Made by a program: the position numbers and the translations under genes. Positions 1 to 8,375 of a stretch of DNA of 64,000 bases are shown here, in pieces. Below the pieces are notes generated by a model. The model saw only the letters and a list, made by a program, of their open reading frames with translations, was not told where the DNA came from and did not search any database. The DNA comes from an uncultured Gammaproteobacteria bacterium (GTDB lineage Bacteria > Patescibacteriota > Microgenomatia > Levybacterales > GWA1-39-11): contig CAZDED010000002.1 in NCBI GenBank assembly GCA_964504535.1, positions 82,673-146,672 of the forward strand, written 5' to 3'. Position 1 is the first letter of the stretch. Each line of letters starts with the position of its first letter.

Positions 1-259
1 CACGGTCACCTTTTTTAATATTAAGTGAGGAAAGTAAGTGAGCGAATTGATTTGAGTGCGTTTTGAGATAGTGATAGGAATATGTCTTGTTTTTCAAATC
101 GGAGTCTATGCAAATGTATGCAGTTTTTTCAGGATGCAGCTTTGCTTGATAGTCAAGAGTCAGGTGTGAGAGATTGAAATTACCAGAACCGATTGTCAAA
201 AAGTAGGATCGGAGATCTTCCCAATTGAGAAGAGGAGCATTTTTTCTGTCTGAAATCAT
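1..259 (-). CDS. AMP-binding enzyme (acyl/aryl-CoA ligase or DltA-like adenylating enzyme), N-terminal part; ORF runs off the window start
   Basis: Minus-strand ATG at 259..257 gives MISDRKNAPLLNWEDLRSYFLTIGSGNFNLSHLTLDYQAKLHPEKTAYICIDSDLKNKTYSYHYLKTHSNQFAHLLSSLNIKKGDRV, open to position 1. 'PEKTAYI…TYSYHYL…SNQFAHLL…KKGDRV' matches the N-terminal consensus of ANL adenylate-forming enzymes (…P.k.Al…lTY.eL…n.lA..L…G.k.GDrV). Absent from the ORF track because there is no stop inside the window. Confidence 0.5.
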   Translation of the reverse strand, partial: MISDRKNAPLLNWEDLRSYFLTIGSGNFNLSHLTLDYQAKLHPEKTAYICIDSDLKNKTYSYHYLKTHSNQFAHLLSSLNIKKGDR

Positions 260-348
260 AAAATATTATAAATTATTTCGGAAAGATGTATCAAGACATG
301 TTAATACAATAAGTGAGATGAGAATAAATAATACCCATAAAAGATCAA

Positions 349-357
349 TGGTACAAT
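349..357 (+). promoter_or_regulatory. Extended -10 element TGgTACAAT placed 6 nt upstream of the ATG at 364 (candidate leaderless promoter)
   Basis: TGGTACAAT at 349-357, spacer cagcat, ATG at 364. No Shine-Dalgarno is possible with this spacing. Same geometry as at 3211-3227 and 24442-24459. Confidence 0.3.
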
Positions 358-363
358 CAGCAT

Positions 364-882
364 ATGAATAGTGCATCTTTAAGGATGATCTTAAAAATAA
401 TTGTAGTTACTTTTTTTGTAGTATCAGCAATTGCAGTTATCTTAGTTGTTTTCTTTATTTCCAATTTGGGTGTAAAAGAGAATAAAATGCTCTCCAATCT
501 TAAAAGTATCCAAGTGCCAGAAGGTGGTAAGGAAATATATTACAAAGAGGCTGGAAGTCCAACATGCTTAGATTCTTGTACTTCGCTGTCGCGAGTTTAT
601 GCTTACAATATTTCCGTTGACAAATTGCAGCAGGAATTTATTTTACTGTCAAAAAAACAAGGATACATTATTACTGATAAATATAATGTTGGATATGTAA
701 GCTTAAGTTTTGCAAATCTAAATAAAAAAATTGATAGTAATGATCTTATTGGGTTTGCCTCATTTTTTGTAGATTTTTCTCAGACAACTCCAGGTAGGCA
801 AGGTTTGCAAAAGACAACTAACTCTCAAATAAAGTCATATCTTGAGGTAAATCTTAGATACGGATATTTTGACTCTAAGTGA
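364..882 (+). CDS. Hypothetical membrane-anchored protein (single N-terminal TM helix)
   Basis: 172-aa ORF with a hydrophobic N-terminus (ILKIIVVTFFVVSAIAVILVVFFISNL). No recognisable catalytic motif. Confidence 0.5.
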   Translation: MNSASLRMILKIIVVTFFVVSAIAVILVVFFISNLGVKENKMLSNLKSIQVPEGGKEIYYKEAGSPTCLDSCTSLSRVYAYNISVDKLQQEFILLSKKQGYIITDKYNVGYVSLSFANLNKKIDSNDLIGFASFFVDFSQTTPGRQGLQKTTNSQIKSYLEVNLRYGYFDSK

Positions 883-938
883 CCCGATCGTATGACGGTA
901 ATTTTTGGTCAACAGACGTCTAGGTTATATGTTTCTAC

Positions 939-966
939 TTGATTATCACCTCTAAGGTAATAGAAT
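939..966 (+). promoter_or_regulatory. Sigma70-like promoter candidate (TTGATT-16-TAGAAT) upstream of the ORF at 977
   Basis: TTGATT at 939-944, 16-nt spacer, TAGAAT at 961-966, ATG at 977. Confidence 0.25.
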
Positions 967-976
967 TAGAAAACAC

Positions 977-1645
977 ATGGTACCTAAGAAAAAGACAGGC
1001 GACAATCTTTTTAAGAGCAAGAATATAAAAATCGCAGTCATAATCTGTCTTTTCGCTCTTCTCATTTTCTCTCTAAGGTTTTTTACATCAAAACAAAACG
1101 ATTATGACAAGAATAAATCTAAGGCACCAAACGCACAAACAGCTAGCACATTGACCAGTGGACAAATCACTCCAACACCTACCATCTATTACTATTCCAC
1201 TTCTGGAAAAAACTTGGCGGATTTGAAAGAGAAAGACCCCAAAGATGAGTCGGGAATGTACAAAACATACACTGACAAAAAAAGACTTTTTACATTTAAG
1301 TATCCAGTCACTTGGTCAAGGATTGTTGTGGAGATTTATGGAAGTTCTCAAATTGAAGAATTTTTTGAGGATGGGATAGAGCCAGAGTTGCATGATTCTG
1401 ATGGGGTTGGTAATGACGCGTTTTATATCAACCACTATGACAATTACGAGACATTAGCAGAAATAAAGGCAAAGATTGGAAGTGTAAATACTGAAGAAAC
1501 AACCGTTGGTAATAAACCTGCGCTTAAAAGTGGCGACACTTACCATGTCAAAACCGCGAAAGATAAAACCCTATTCATAATTACAAGATATACGGATAGG
1601 ATAAATTATGAAGAGGTACTTGATTCATTCACTTTCGAAGATTAG
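977..1645 (+). CDS. Hypothetical membrane-anchored/secreted protein
   Basis: 222-aa ORF with an N-terminal TM anchor (IKIAVIICLFALLIFSL), then a Thr/Ser/Pro-rich linker and an acidic domain. No known motif recognised. Confidence 0.5.
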   Translation: MVPKKKTGDNLFKSKNIKIAVIICLFALLIFSLRFFTSKQNDYDKNKSKAPNAQTASTLTSGQITPTPTIYYYSTSGKNLADLKEKDPKDESGMYKTYTDKKRLFTFKYPVTWSRIVVEIYGSSQIEEFFEDGIEPELHDSDGVGNDAFYINHYDNYETLAEIKAKIGSVNTEETTVGNKPALKSGDTYHVKTAKDKTLFIITRYTDRINYEEVLDSFTFED

Positions 1646-1715
1646 CAAGAATGGTGACCCTACCGGAATTTACCCCAAGAGTACTTGCCAATTCTTGGCG
1701 GCGCGTATCGGGTTT

Positions 1716-1732
1716 CTTGGATGAGAACCAAG
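1716..1732. other. Orphan anticodon-arm-like hairpin CTTGG-ATGAGAA-CCAAG whose 7-nt loop is identical to the anticodon loop of the adjacent tRNA-Glu
   Basis: 5-bp stem plus loop ATGAGAA (plus strand; TTCTCAT on minus), identical to the loop at tRNA positions 32-38. No D-arm or T-arm is found around it. A second CTTGG copy lies at 1694-1698. Confidence 0.3.
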
Positions 1733-1743
1733 GGCCAAAGCGA

Positions 1744-1776
1744 CCTTCATGCTTAAGAATGCATGATGCATGAAGG
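1744..1776 (-). terminator. Stem-loop (9-bp stem CCTTCATGC/GCATGAAGG containing a TGCATGA x2 tandem) 18 nt downstream of the tRNA 3' end; possible terminator or processing hairpin
   Basis: Inverted repeat 1744-1752 / 1768-1776. Inner alternative stem CATGC(1748-1752)/GCATG(1761-1765). Only a weak T-tract follows on the minus strand. Confidence 0.25.
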
Positions 1777-1793
1777 GTAACCCCTAGACCTTG

Positions 1794-1865
1794 TGACCCG
1801 TGGGAGAGTCGAACTCCCCTTACTAGGATGAGAACCTAATTTCCTAACCGATAGAAGAACGGGCC
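1794..1865 (-). tRNA. tRNA-Glu (anticodon CUC)
   Basis: Minus-strand 72-nt cloverleaf. Acceptor stem GGCCCGT/ACGGGTC (one G-U pair). D-stem TTCT/GGAA with GG in the D-loop. Anticodon stem TTAGG/CCTAG with loop TTCTCAT (U33, CUC, A37). T-arm GGGAG-TTCGACT-CTCCC, discriminator A, CCA not encoded. Confidence 0.75.
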
Positions 1866-1989
1866 GTAGGGTATATTTTACCTTAAAGTACTACCTTAAC
1901 TCAAGCTCAAACCAGTAATTCCTTCCACCCTCACAAACCCCTGCTATCGCAGATCATTGTGATGGTATATAAAAGCTGATCTGTGTCGA

Positions 1990-2688
1990 ATGGTGAATAT
2001 TGGTGGTAAATTCAGTTTTTGTATAATACGAGGTAATATGAGTGAGCGCCCTCAAATTGACGAAAGGCATATTTTCTCAAGCCGGATGTTCTTCAATACG
2101 GTTTCAACCTTTGTCCAAGAAGATCCGAGGTCATATGCAGAGCCTGTCTCACTTTCCGTATCAATGATAGAAGCGGTCAGGAAGCGAGTAGAGAGTTCTG
2201 AGATACCTTTCTCTGAAGACATGTTGGACCAGTTAGCTCGGACTAGAATGAAAAATCCGGCAATAGTTCTTGACTACGTGTGTGATACTTTAAGACTAAG
2301 TCTTGGATATGGGACAAATCCACAATCAAGAGTTGAGAGAGAGGATGATTTTTCCGTTACTCCTCCAGGATTTAATTTTCCAGTAGTCCTTTTAACTATG
2401 TGGGGTGATGCATTTATCAGATCCCCATTTGGAATTTTGGAAACTCCAGGTGTGGTAGACAGTAGGGGGCGTAATTTTTTTGTGAGAAATGTCATCTTTT
2501 CAGATGGGAAAAAAACCTCAAGACTTGAGGAGGTAGTTGAGATTGATGAACAATATGATGATTTTCGAGAGGTAGATAGGGAGGTCTCAACAGATGACAA
2601 TAGGTATGTGCCATTGACTGGATCTGATTTTAATGAACTTATGTTTGTGGTAGCGGATCTGAAAGCAGGACATTTCAAACCTGTCTAG
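1990..2688 (+). CDS. Hypothetical cytoplasmic protein
   Basis: 232-aa ORF. GC noticeably higher than the glycosylation genes. TGgTATATA extended -10 at 1963-1971 lies 18 nt upstream. Its stop shares the palindrome CTAG with the convergent gene. Confidence 0.4.
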   Translation: MVNIGGKFSFCIIRGNMSERPQIDERHIFSSRMFFNTVSTFVQEDPRSYAEPVSLSVSMIEAVRKRVESSEIPFSEDMLDQLARTRMKNPAIVLDYVCDTLRLSLGYGTNPQSRVEREDDFSVTPPGFNFPVVLLTMWGDAFIRSPFGILETPGVVDSRGRNFFVRNVIFSDGKKTSRLEEVVEIDEQYDDFREVDREVSTDDNRYVPLTGSDFNELMFVVADLKAGHFKPV

Positions 2689-3110
2689 TGATTTTCTTTA
2701 GGTCCAAACTCTGCAACTTCCTTTACTTCCATTTCTAAAAGGTATTGATCCATTGGATCACCACTTGCGATCATTTGGTGCAGTCTTCTGTCTGCATTTT
2801 CCTCATCTGCGGTTCTTTCAAGACCCAATTGTTCTCTCTCAGCATAATAAGCAGCAACGGGATTTGTAAGAGGATCAACAGACATTCCTTGGCTTTCTCT
2901 TCTTACTGCAGCTTGTCTCCTTTCCTCAGCTATCATCTCTGCATACAGTTCTGGATTTGTTTGTTCCAAATCTCTTCTTTCTGCTCGACTTCTGGCTCGA
3001 TTGATATCTTTTGCGGTTAAATAGGCTTCTCCGAATTTTTGGAGACGATGAGGGAAAGACTGGATTTGCCAATCTTCAAAGTATTTACCGAATTCAATTT
3101 CATTACTCAT
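2685..3110 (-). CDS. Hypothetical acidic, Glu/Arg-rich cytoplasmic protein
   Basis: 141-aa ORF, charged and probably helical, with no TM segment. It is convergent with 1990..2688 and overlaps it by 4 nt. Confidence 0.5.
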   Translation of the reverse strand: MSNEIEFGKYFEDWQIQSFPHRLQKFGEAYLTAKDINRARSRAERRDLEQTNPELYAEMIAEERRQAAVRRESQGMSVDPLTNPVAAYYAEREQLGLERTADEENADRRLHQMIASGDPMDQYLLEMEVKEVAEFGPKENH

Positions 3111-3125
3111 GTTATTTATATGCGG

Positions 3126-3154
3126 TTGAAATTATTATAAGATACATTTATGAT
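3126..3154 (+). promoter_or_regulatory. Sigma70-like promoter candidate (TTGAAA-17-TATGAT) in the divergent gap upstream of the glycosylation operon
   Basis: TTGAAA at 3126-3131, 17-nt spacer, TATGAT at 3149-3154. A second -10, TGTATAAT at 3211-3218, lies 6 nt before the ATG at 3225. Confidence 0.3.
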
Positions 3155-3209
3155 AAAGTCAACAGCTATTTAGATTCATTTTTATTTATTTTTAAGTATA
3201 CTAATTGTT

Positions 3210-3980
3210 ATGTATAATACTAATATGCCGCAATTCCTTCTTACAGTCGTGATCCCCTCATATAACGAGATGGGAAACCTTCAGAAAGGAATCCTCAACA
3301 AAATCCAAAGATATCTCGACCGTCAGCCTTATAACTATGAAGTTATTGTAGTTGATGATGGGTCAACAGATGACAGCCGTGACTTCATAAAGAAATTTAC
3401 CAAGGAGGAAAAGCAATTTCATTTGATCGAAAACAGCCATTCGGGTAAGGCTGGTGCTGTAACTGCTGGTATGCTTGCAGCAAAAGGGGATTATATATTG
3501 TTCACAGATATGGATCAGGCAACACCAATTGAAGAATTGGAAAAGGTCATGCCTTTTATCCAAAAAGGCTTTGATGTTGTCATAGGGTCTCGGAGTGGGA
3601 ATAGGAAAGGCGCACCTTTGACTCGCAAAATAATGGCAAAAAGCATGATGATCCTCAGATCCACTATAGTTGGCCTTCCTGAAATAACAGATACTCAGTG
3701 CGGATTCAAATTGTTTACCAAAGATGCAGCGAAAAAGATTTTTGAGAAAGTGAAAGAGTCACATCATGGATTTAAAAAAATACATGGTTCTTCTGTCACG
3801 GCTGGGTTTGATATTGAGCTTCTGTTTATCGCAAAAAATATGGGTTTTAAGATAAAAGAGGTGCCGGTTAGCTGGCTTTATGTCGAGACTAGAAGAGTTA
3901 GCCCTATCAAAGACTCTGTTGAGGGATTTTTAGAGTTATTTAAAATCAGAAAAAATATCAATTCAGGTAAATACGACTGA
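3210..3980 (+). CDS. GT2 polyprenyl-phosphate glycosyltransferase (DPM1/GtrB/CsbB-like)
   Basis: VVIPSYNE, VIVVDDGSTDDS, TDMDQ (DxD) and CGFKLF are typical Dpm1/GtrB motifs. Likely true start is ATG 3225 (MPQFLL). Confidence 0.8.
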   Translation: MYNTNMPQFLLTVVIPSYNEMGNLQKGILNKIQRYLDRQPYNYEVIVVDDGSTDDSRDFIKKFTKEEKQFHLIENSHSGKAGAVTAGMLAAKGDYILFTDMDQATPIEELEKVMPFIQKGFDVVIGSRSGNRKGAPLTRKIMAKSMMILRSTIVGLPEITDTQCGFKLFTKDAAKKIFEKVKESHHGFKKIHGSSVTAGFDIELLFIAKNMGFKIKEVPVSWLYVETRRVSPIKDSVEGFLELFKIRKNINSGKYD

Positions 3981-3981
3981 C

Positions 3982-5139
3982 ATGTCAAAGAAATTTTTCC
4001 TCCCATTGTGGATCACAGGTGCTCTGCTTCTGTTCTTCTATTCTTTCACGCAAGTTGATCTTTCCCTTACATTGTCAAAAGCGTCCATATTTCAAACGAT
4101 TGAGAAATCTTTTCAATATGTCGGATGGTTCAATAGACCTGTCTCTACCTATTTATATATAGCGGTTTTTGCAATTTTGTTTTTTCTTTATCTTGCAACC
4201 ATAAGACTTGTCTCAAAAAATAAGCTTTCGAGAAAAAAAATTTGGCTAGCAATATTTATCGTGACTGGTATCCTTACACTTTCCTATAATGCTTTTTCCT
4301 ATGATCTTTTCAATTATGTATTTGACGCAAAAATAGTCACTTTCTACCACCAAAATCCCTATATCCACAAAGCGTTGGATTTTCCAAATGACCCCATGCT
4401 TTCATTCATGAGATGGACTCATCGGGTCTATCCTTATGGTCCAATATGGTTGGGACTTACGATCCCATTGAGTTTTGTAGGGGCAAATATATTTATCGTG
4501 ACTGTTTACCTTTTCAAAATTATGATTGCTTCATTTTTCCTTTTAACAGTGTGGTCTATAGAGCGGATAGGAAAAACCCTGAAATTTGAGAATGTTCTTC
4601 TGCCTGTCGTTGCATTTGCTTTCAATCCATTTGTTCTTAGCGAGAGCTTGGTTAGTGCTCACAATGATATTGTTATGATGGGACTTGCTCTTTATGCAAC
4701 AAGTCTTCTTATGGACAAAAAAACTGTGAAGGGGAGTGTGGTGTATATACTCTCAATAGGTCTGAAATTTGCGACAGCCTTCTCATTTGCAGGATACATA
4801 CTTCTTTTGTTGTTCAAAAAAACGAAATACGTGATTGAGGCAAGTATAATTCTTTCAATAGTAGCCGTCATTGTTGCTTCGATGCGTACGAATTTTCAAC
4901 CGTGGTATCTGTTGTATGTAGTGCCCTTTGCCGTTCTTTTGATTGGTAAAAGATATGCCCGGTACCCTCTGTATATTTTTTCAACCGCTAGTGTAATTTA
5001 TTACATACCATTTCTTTATTCAGGTAACTGGAATGACCCAATACCAATGATTCTTAACACAATCGTTATAGGTGCAACAGTGTTGTCAATTGTTACTATT
5101 CTCATATTTTTTCCTCATTCAAAAAAAGAAACAAACTAG
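3982..5139 (+). CDS. Polytopic membrane protein, possible GT-C-type glycosyltransferase (DUF2029/GT87-like?)
   Basis: 385 aa with 9 or more predicted TM helices. Motifs YDLFNY…HQNPY…YPYGPIW resemble polyprenol-P-sugar-dependent mannosyltransferase-like proteins. Family assignment uncertain. Confidence 0.4.
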   Translation: MSKKFFLPLWITGALLLFFYSFTQVDLSLTLSKASIFQTIEKSFQYVGWFNRPVSTYLYIAVFAILFFLYLATIRLVSKNKLSRKKIWLAIFIVTGILTLSYNAFSYDLFNYVFDAKIVTFYHQNPYIHKALDFPNDPMLSFMRWTHRVYPYGPIWLGLTIPLSFVGANIFIVTVYLFKIMIASFFLLTVWSIERIGKTLKFENVLLPVVAFAFNPFVLSESLVSAHNDIVMMGLALYATSLLMDKKTVKGSVVYILSIGLKFATAFSFAGYILLLLFKKTKYVIEASIILSIVAVIVASMRTNFQPWYLLYVVPFAVLLIGKRYARYPLYIFSTASVIYYIPFLYSGNWNDPIPMILNTIVIGATVLSIVTILIFFPHSKKETN

Positions 5140-5160
5140 ATATTCTGCTACAATAACCAT

Positions 5161-6708
5161 ATGCAAATATTAAAGAAATTATTCCCTGAAATTATCGTTG
5201 CCCCCATCCTTCTCGTCCTTTTTCTCATGACCCGCCTCATCAATATCTTGGCTGTTCCTATATTTACAGATGAGGCTATTTACACAAGATGGTCACAAAT
5301 TGCCAGATATGACTCCAATTGGAGATTTATCTCCCTAACTGACGGAAAGCAACCTGCATTTGTCTGGATAAATATGATTGTCATGAGATTTTTTGATGAT
5401 CCTCTTATGGGAGGAAGAGTGGTATCTGTGATATGCGGACTATTTGTTGTTATCGGTCTTTACTTTGTTACAAAGGAAATTTTTAGAGGTCACAAGCATG
5501 CAAGGATCATGGGACTTGTTGCATCGTCTCTTGCAGTTTTCTACCCCTTCCTTCTTGTTTATGACAGACTTGCACTTTATGAAAGTATGATAGCGGCATT
5601 TATGGTGTGGGCATTATATTTTCAGATCACACTTATCAGAAGAATCCGCTTTGATATGTCAATGATAACAGGACTTGTGATGGGTGGGGCAGTCCTTACA
5701 AAGTCTTCAGGGTTTCTGGCTCTTTATCTAATTCCCTTCATCTTTCTGCTTTTTGATTTTAAGAAAAAAAATAGAAGATCAAGATTGATAAGAGCAGTTT
5801 TCTATTTCATTCTGTCTGCAGTTATTGTTAATGTTTGTTATGCCATTCTTAGGCTTTCGCCTTTTTACCATATCATCAATCAGAAAAATGCAGTTTTTGT
5901 ATATGACGTAGGTTCTTGGATAAAACTTGCTACAAACATCAAAATAGATCTTCTATTTAGTAATTCACGCGGACTTTTTGACTGGTTTTTCACATACTTC
6001 ACAGTACCGTGGAGTCTTCTAGTCTTAATTTCTTTCTTCGTTAAAAAAGAACATCTTAAAGAAAAAATAGTTTTATTCTTGTGGTTCTTGCTCCCCCTTC
6101 TTGCTCTTTGTTTTCTTGGAAAAACGTTGTATCCCCGCTATCTCTTATTCATGACAATTCCTCTTATCCCACTTGTTGCATATAGTGTCACTTCGTTGTT
6201 TTTGAAATTCAAAAATAATATAGTCAGAGCAGTAATTATTGCATTGATAGTAGTTCTTCCCTTGTGGTCTGACTATTTCATCCTGTTTGATTTCGCACGT
6301 GCCCCTATTCCTAAAATCGACCTTGAGCAGATGATAAATGGATGGCCAGCTGGAGGTGGGCTACGGGAAAGTGTAGAATTTTTTAAAGAAAAATCGAAGA
6401 ATGGTGAGATCATGGTAGGAACTCAAGGTACATTTGGACTTATGCCTGCTGCATATGAAATATATTTTAGAGATAACCCAAATGTCCGCATCAATGGATT
6501 TTGGCCAGTTGAGAGTGATAAGGTTCCGGATCTTTTGACTGACTATGCAAAAAGAATTCCAACCTATTTTGTTTTCTACCAACCCTGTGGAGCATGTGAG
6601 GATGCAGGTATCGCACCAAAAGCATTAAATCTCAAGGAAGTTGCTTCATACAAGAAGGGAATTGGCACGACCAGACTCACAATATACCAGGTGTTAAAAA
6701 GCGAGTAG
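5161..6708 (+). CDS. GT-C membrane glycosyltransferase, ArnT/PMT-like (divergent member of family A)
   Basis: 515 aa, polytopic. First extracytoplasmic loop carries FTDEAIYTRWSQ (DE motif of the GT39/GT83 superfamily). Confidence 0.55.
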   Translation: MQILKKLFPEIIVAPILLVLFLMTRLINILAVPIFTDEAIYTRWSQIARYDSNWRFISLTDGKQPAFVWINMIVMRFFDDPLMGGRVVSVICGLFVVIGLYFVTKEIFRGHKHARIMGLVASSLAVFYPFLLVYDRLALYESMIAAFMVWALYFQITLIRRIRFDMSMITGLVMGGAVLTKSSGFLALYLIPFIFLLFDFKKKNRRSRLIRAVFYFILSAVIVNVCYAILRLSPFYHIINQKNAVFVYDVGSWIKLATNIKIDLLFSNSRGLFDWFFTYFTVPWSLLVLISFFVKKEHLKEKIVLFLWFLLPLLALCFLGKTLYPRYLLFMTIPLIPLVAYSVTSLFLKFKNNIVRAVIIALIVVLPLWSDYFILFDFARAPIPKIDLEQMINGWPAGGGLRESVEFFKEKSKNGEIMVGTQGTFGLMPAAYEIYFRDNPNVRINGFWPVESDKVPDLLTDYAKRIPTYFVFYQPCGACEDAGIAPKALNLKEVASYKKGIGTTRLTIYQVLKSE

Positions 6709-6710
6709 GC

Positions 6711-8375
6711 ATGAAAACATATCTGAAAAGCTTCATAAAGAAGAACAAATATCTCCTGGTCATCATTCTTCTTTCTATTCTTCCAACAATTCCCTATTTC
6801 ATTACTTCAAATCTGATCCATACACATGACGGGTTAGTGCATCTGCCACGATTGGCTGCTTACTATCATGCATTAACTGAGGGGAGTATTCCTGTCAGAT
6901 TCGCCGGGTATATAAATTACGGATATGGTTTGCCTTTATTCAATTTCATTTACCAATTCCCATATTGGGTAGGTTCTCTCCTTTTGTCGGTTGGATTTGG
7001 ATTGGTTGCTGCTTTTAAAATATCGATAACCCTCAGTTTTCTACTTTCCGGGATATTTATGTTCATGTTCGGGAAAGAATTTTTCAAAGATGATAGACAG
7101 GCACTTTTGGTCGCTGTTTTGTATCAGTTTGCTCCTTTCAGGATGGTAGAACTTCTTGTTAGAGGTAGTTATGGCGAGGTTTATACGTATGCTTTTTTGC
7201 CACTAGTTTTGTATGGTTTGGTAATACTCTCTAAAAACAGAACATTAAAAGGGTTTTTAGTAACGTCTCTTGCAGTTTTTTGCCTCATTGTTTCTCATAA
7301 CTCTGTTTCACTCATGTTTTTTGGAGCAGCATTTTTATTTGTAATTTTTACTTTCAACAATGTAAAAAAAGGTTTATTTGCATTTTTGTCGATGTTTTTG
7401 GGACTTGGGCTGGCCGCATTCTATTGGATGCCCGCGCTTCTTGAGCATAAGTATACATTTGGTGATCTTTTCATGTCCAAATTGTATGAATCATATTTCC
7501 CATCCTTCCAAAATTTCTTTATTCCAAATTTCAACAATAATCCATCACTTCAAACGACTGGAATAACGACATACATCGGACTTATCCAGGGGATAGTTCT
7601 GATATGCGGACTATTTGTTCTTTTATTCAAAAGAAAAAAACTGAAAGAGTATGCTCGTATATTTTATTTTGGGTATGCACTTGTTGCTATCTCTTTTTTC
7701 TTTATGAGTCCTGTATCGAAATTCATTTGGAGCGCTCCAATTGGTGCGATGCTTCGTCAATTTCAATTTCCATGGAGATTTTTGGCGTTGATAGTCCTTT
7801 CAACCTCTTTACTCTCAGTTGGATTGACGACTGTCTCAAAAAGACTTCTCGATAACCGTGTTTACATAAGTATTATACTGTTGACTGTTTTGTCGGTGGC
7901 CTTTTATTGGAAGGGTAGTCTTGGGTTTGATAAGATTAACGAAAAATATTATTGGAATTTTCCACTAACCTCAACTTATTACGGTGAAACAGATGTCATA
8001 TGGTCTGAAGGACCTGCAAAATCATATCCAAAGCAAAGAGTAGAGTTCACAAGCGGAAAAGGCACTATAACCAATTTTGTAAAAAGGAATACTTATCAGT
8101 CATTTGATGCTTTAGCTTTAACTGACTCTGAGATGGTTTCGCATACTCAGTATTTTCCGGGATGGACGGTTAGGATTGATGGTGTAAAAACTCCTATTCA
8201 ATTCCAAAGCGCAAACCATCGTGGTGAGATACTCTTTAACATACCTCAGGGAAATCACAAAGTAGTTCTTCGGTTTGAAGAAAGTAAGATCAGATTGGCT
8301 GCCGATTTTATAACTCTTTGTAGCTTTATAACGTTTTTTGTCCTTGTGTTTTTAAGAAAGAGAATATTTAGATGA
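6711..8375 (+). CDS. Family B: GT-C-like polytopic membrane protein with N-terminal HTHDGxxH motif and C-terminal YFPGW domain (possibly PTPS-related/YfhO-related)
   Basis: 554 aa. HTHDGLVHLPRLAAYY…PVRF…GYGLPLFNFIYQFPY. C-terminus YFPGWTVRIDGVKTPI. Paralogous to 12179, 13723 and 19432. Confidence 0.55.
   Translation: MKTYLKSFIKKNKYLLVIILLSILPTIPYFITSNLIHTHDGLVHLPRLAAYYHALTEGSIPVRFAGYINYGYGLPLFNFIYQFPYWVGSLLLSVGFGLVAAFKISITLSFLLSGIFMFMFGKEFFKDDRQALLVAVLYQFAPFRMVELLVRGSYGEVYTYAFLPLVLYGLVILSKNRTLKGFLVTSLAVFCLIVSHNSVSLMFFGAAFLFVIFTFNNVKKGLFAFLSMFLGLGLAAFYWMPALLEHKYTFGDLFMSKLYESYFPSFQNFFIPNFNNNPSLQTTGITTYIGLIQGIVLICGLFVLLFKRKKLKEYARIFYFGYALVAISFFFMSPVSKFIWSAPIGAMLRQFQFPWRFLALIVLSTSLLSVGLTTVSKRLLDNRVYISIILLTVLSVAFYWKGSLGFDKINEKYYWNFPLTSTYYGETDVIWSEGPAKSYPKQRVEFTSGKGTITNFVKRNTYQSFDALALTDSEMVSHTQYFPGWTVRIDGVKTPIQFQSANHRGEILFNIPQGNHKVVLRFEESKIRLAADFITLCSFITFFVLVFLRKRIFR

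Noticed and set aside
1690-1790. Possible second tRNA (tRNA-Leu GAG on plus, or a second tRNA-Glu on minus) around the CTTGG-ATGAGAA-CCAAG hairpin
   Set aside because: Only an anticodon-arm-like hairpin is present. No acceptor-stem pairing, D-arm or canonical T-loop (GTTCRANY) can be built on either strand. The nearby CATGC-TTAAGAA(T)-GCATG hairpin has A rather than C at the T-loop position 56.
2274-2678. 134-aa minus-strand ORF antisense to 1990..2688
   Set aside because: Ser/Thr-rich low-complexity translation lying entirely within a better plus-strand ORF. Typical shadow ORF.
2745-3217. Plus-strand ORFs 2745..3020 and 3011..3217 antisense to, or downstream of, the acidic protein gene
   Set aside because: Cys/Ile/Phe-rich nonsense-like translations of the opposite strand of a convincing gene. 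3011..3217 also overlaps the promoter region.
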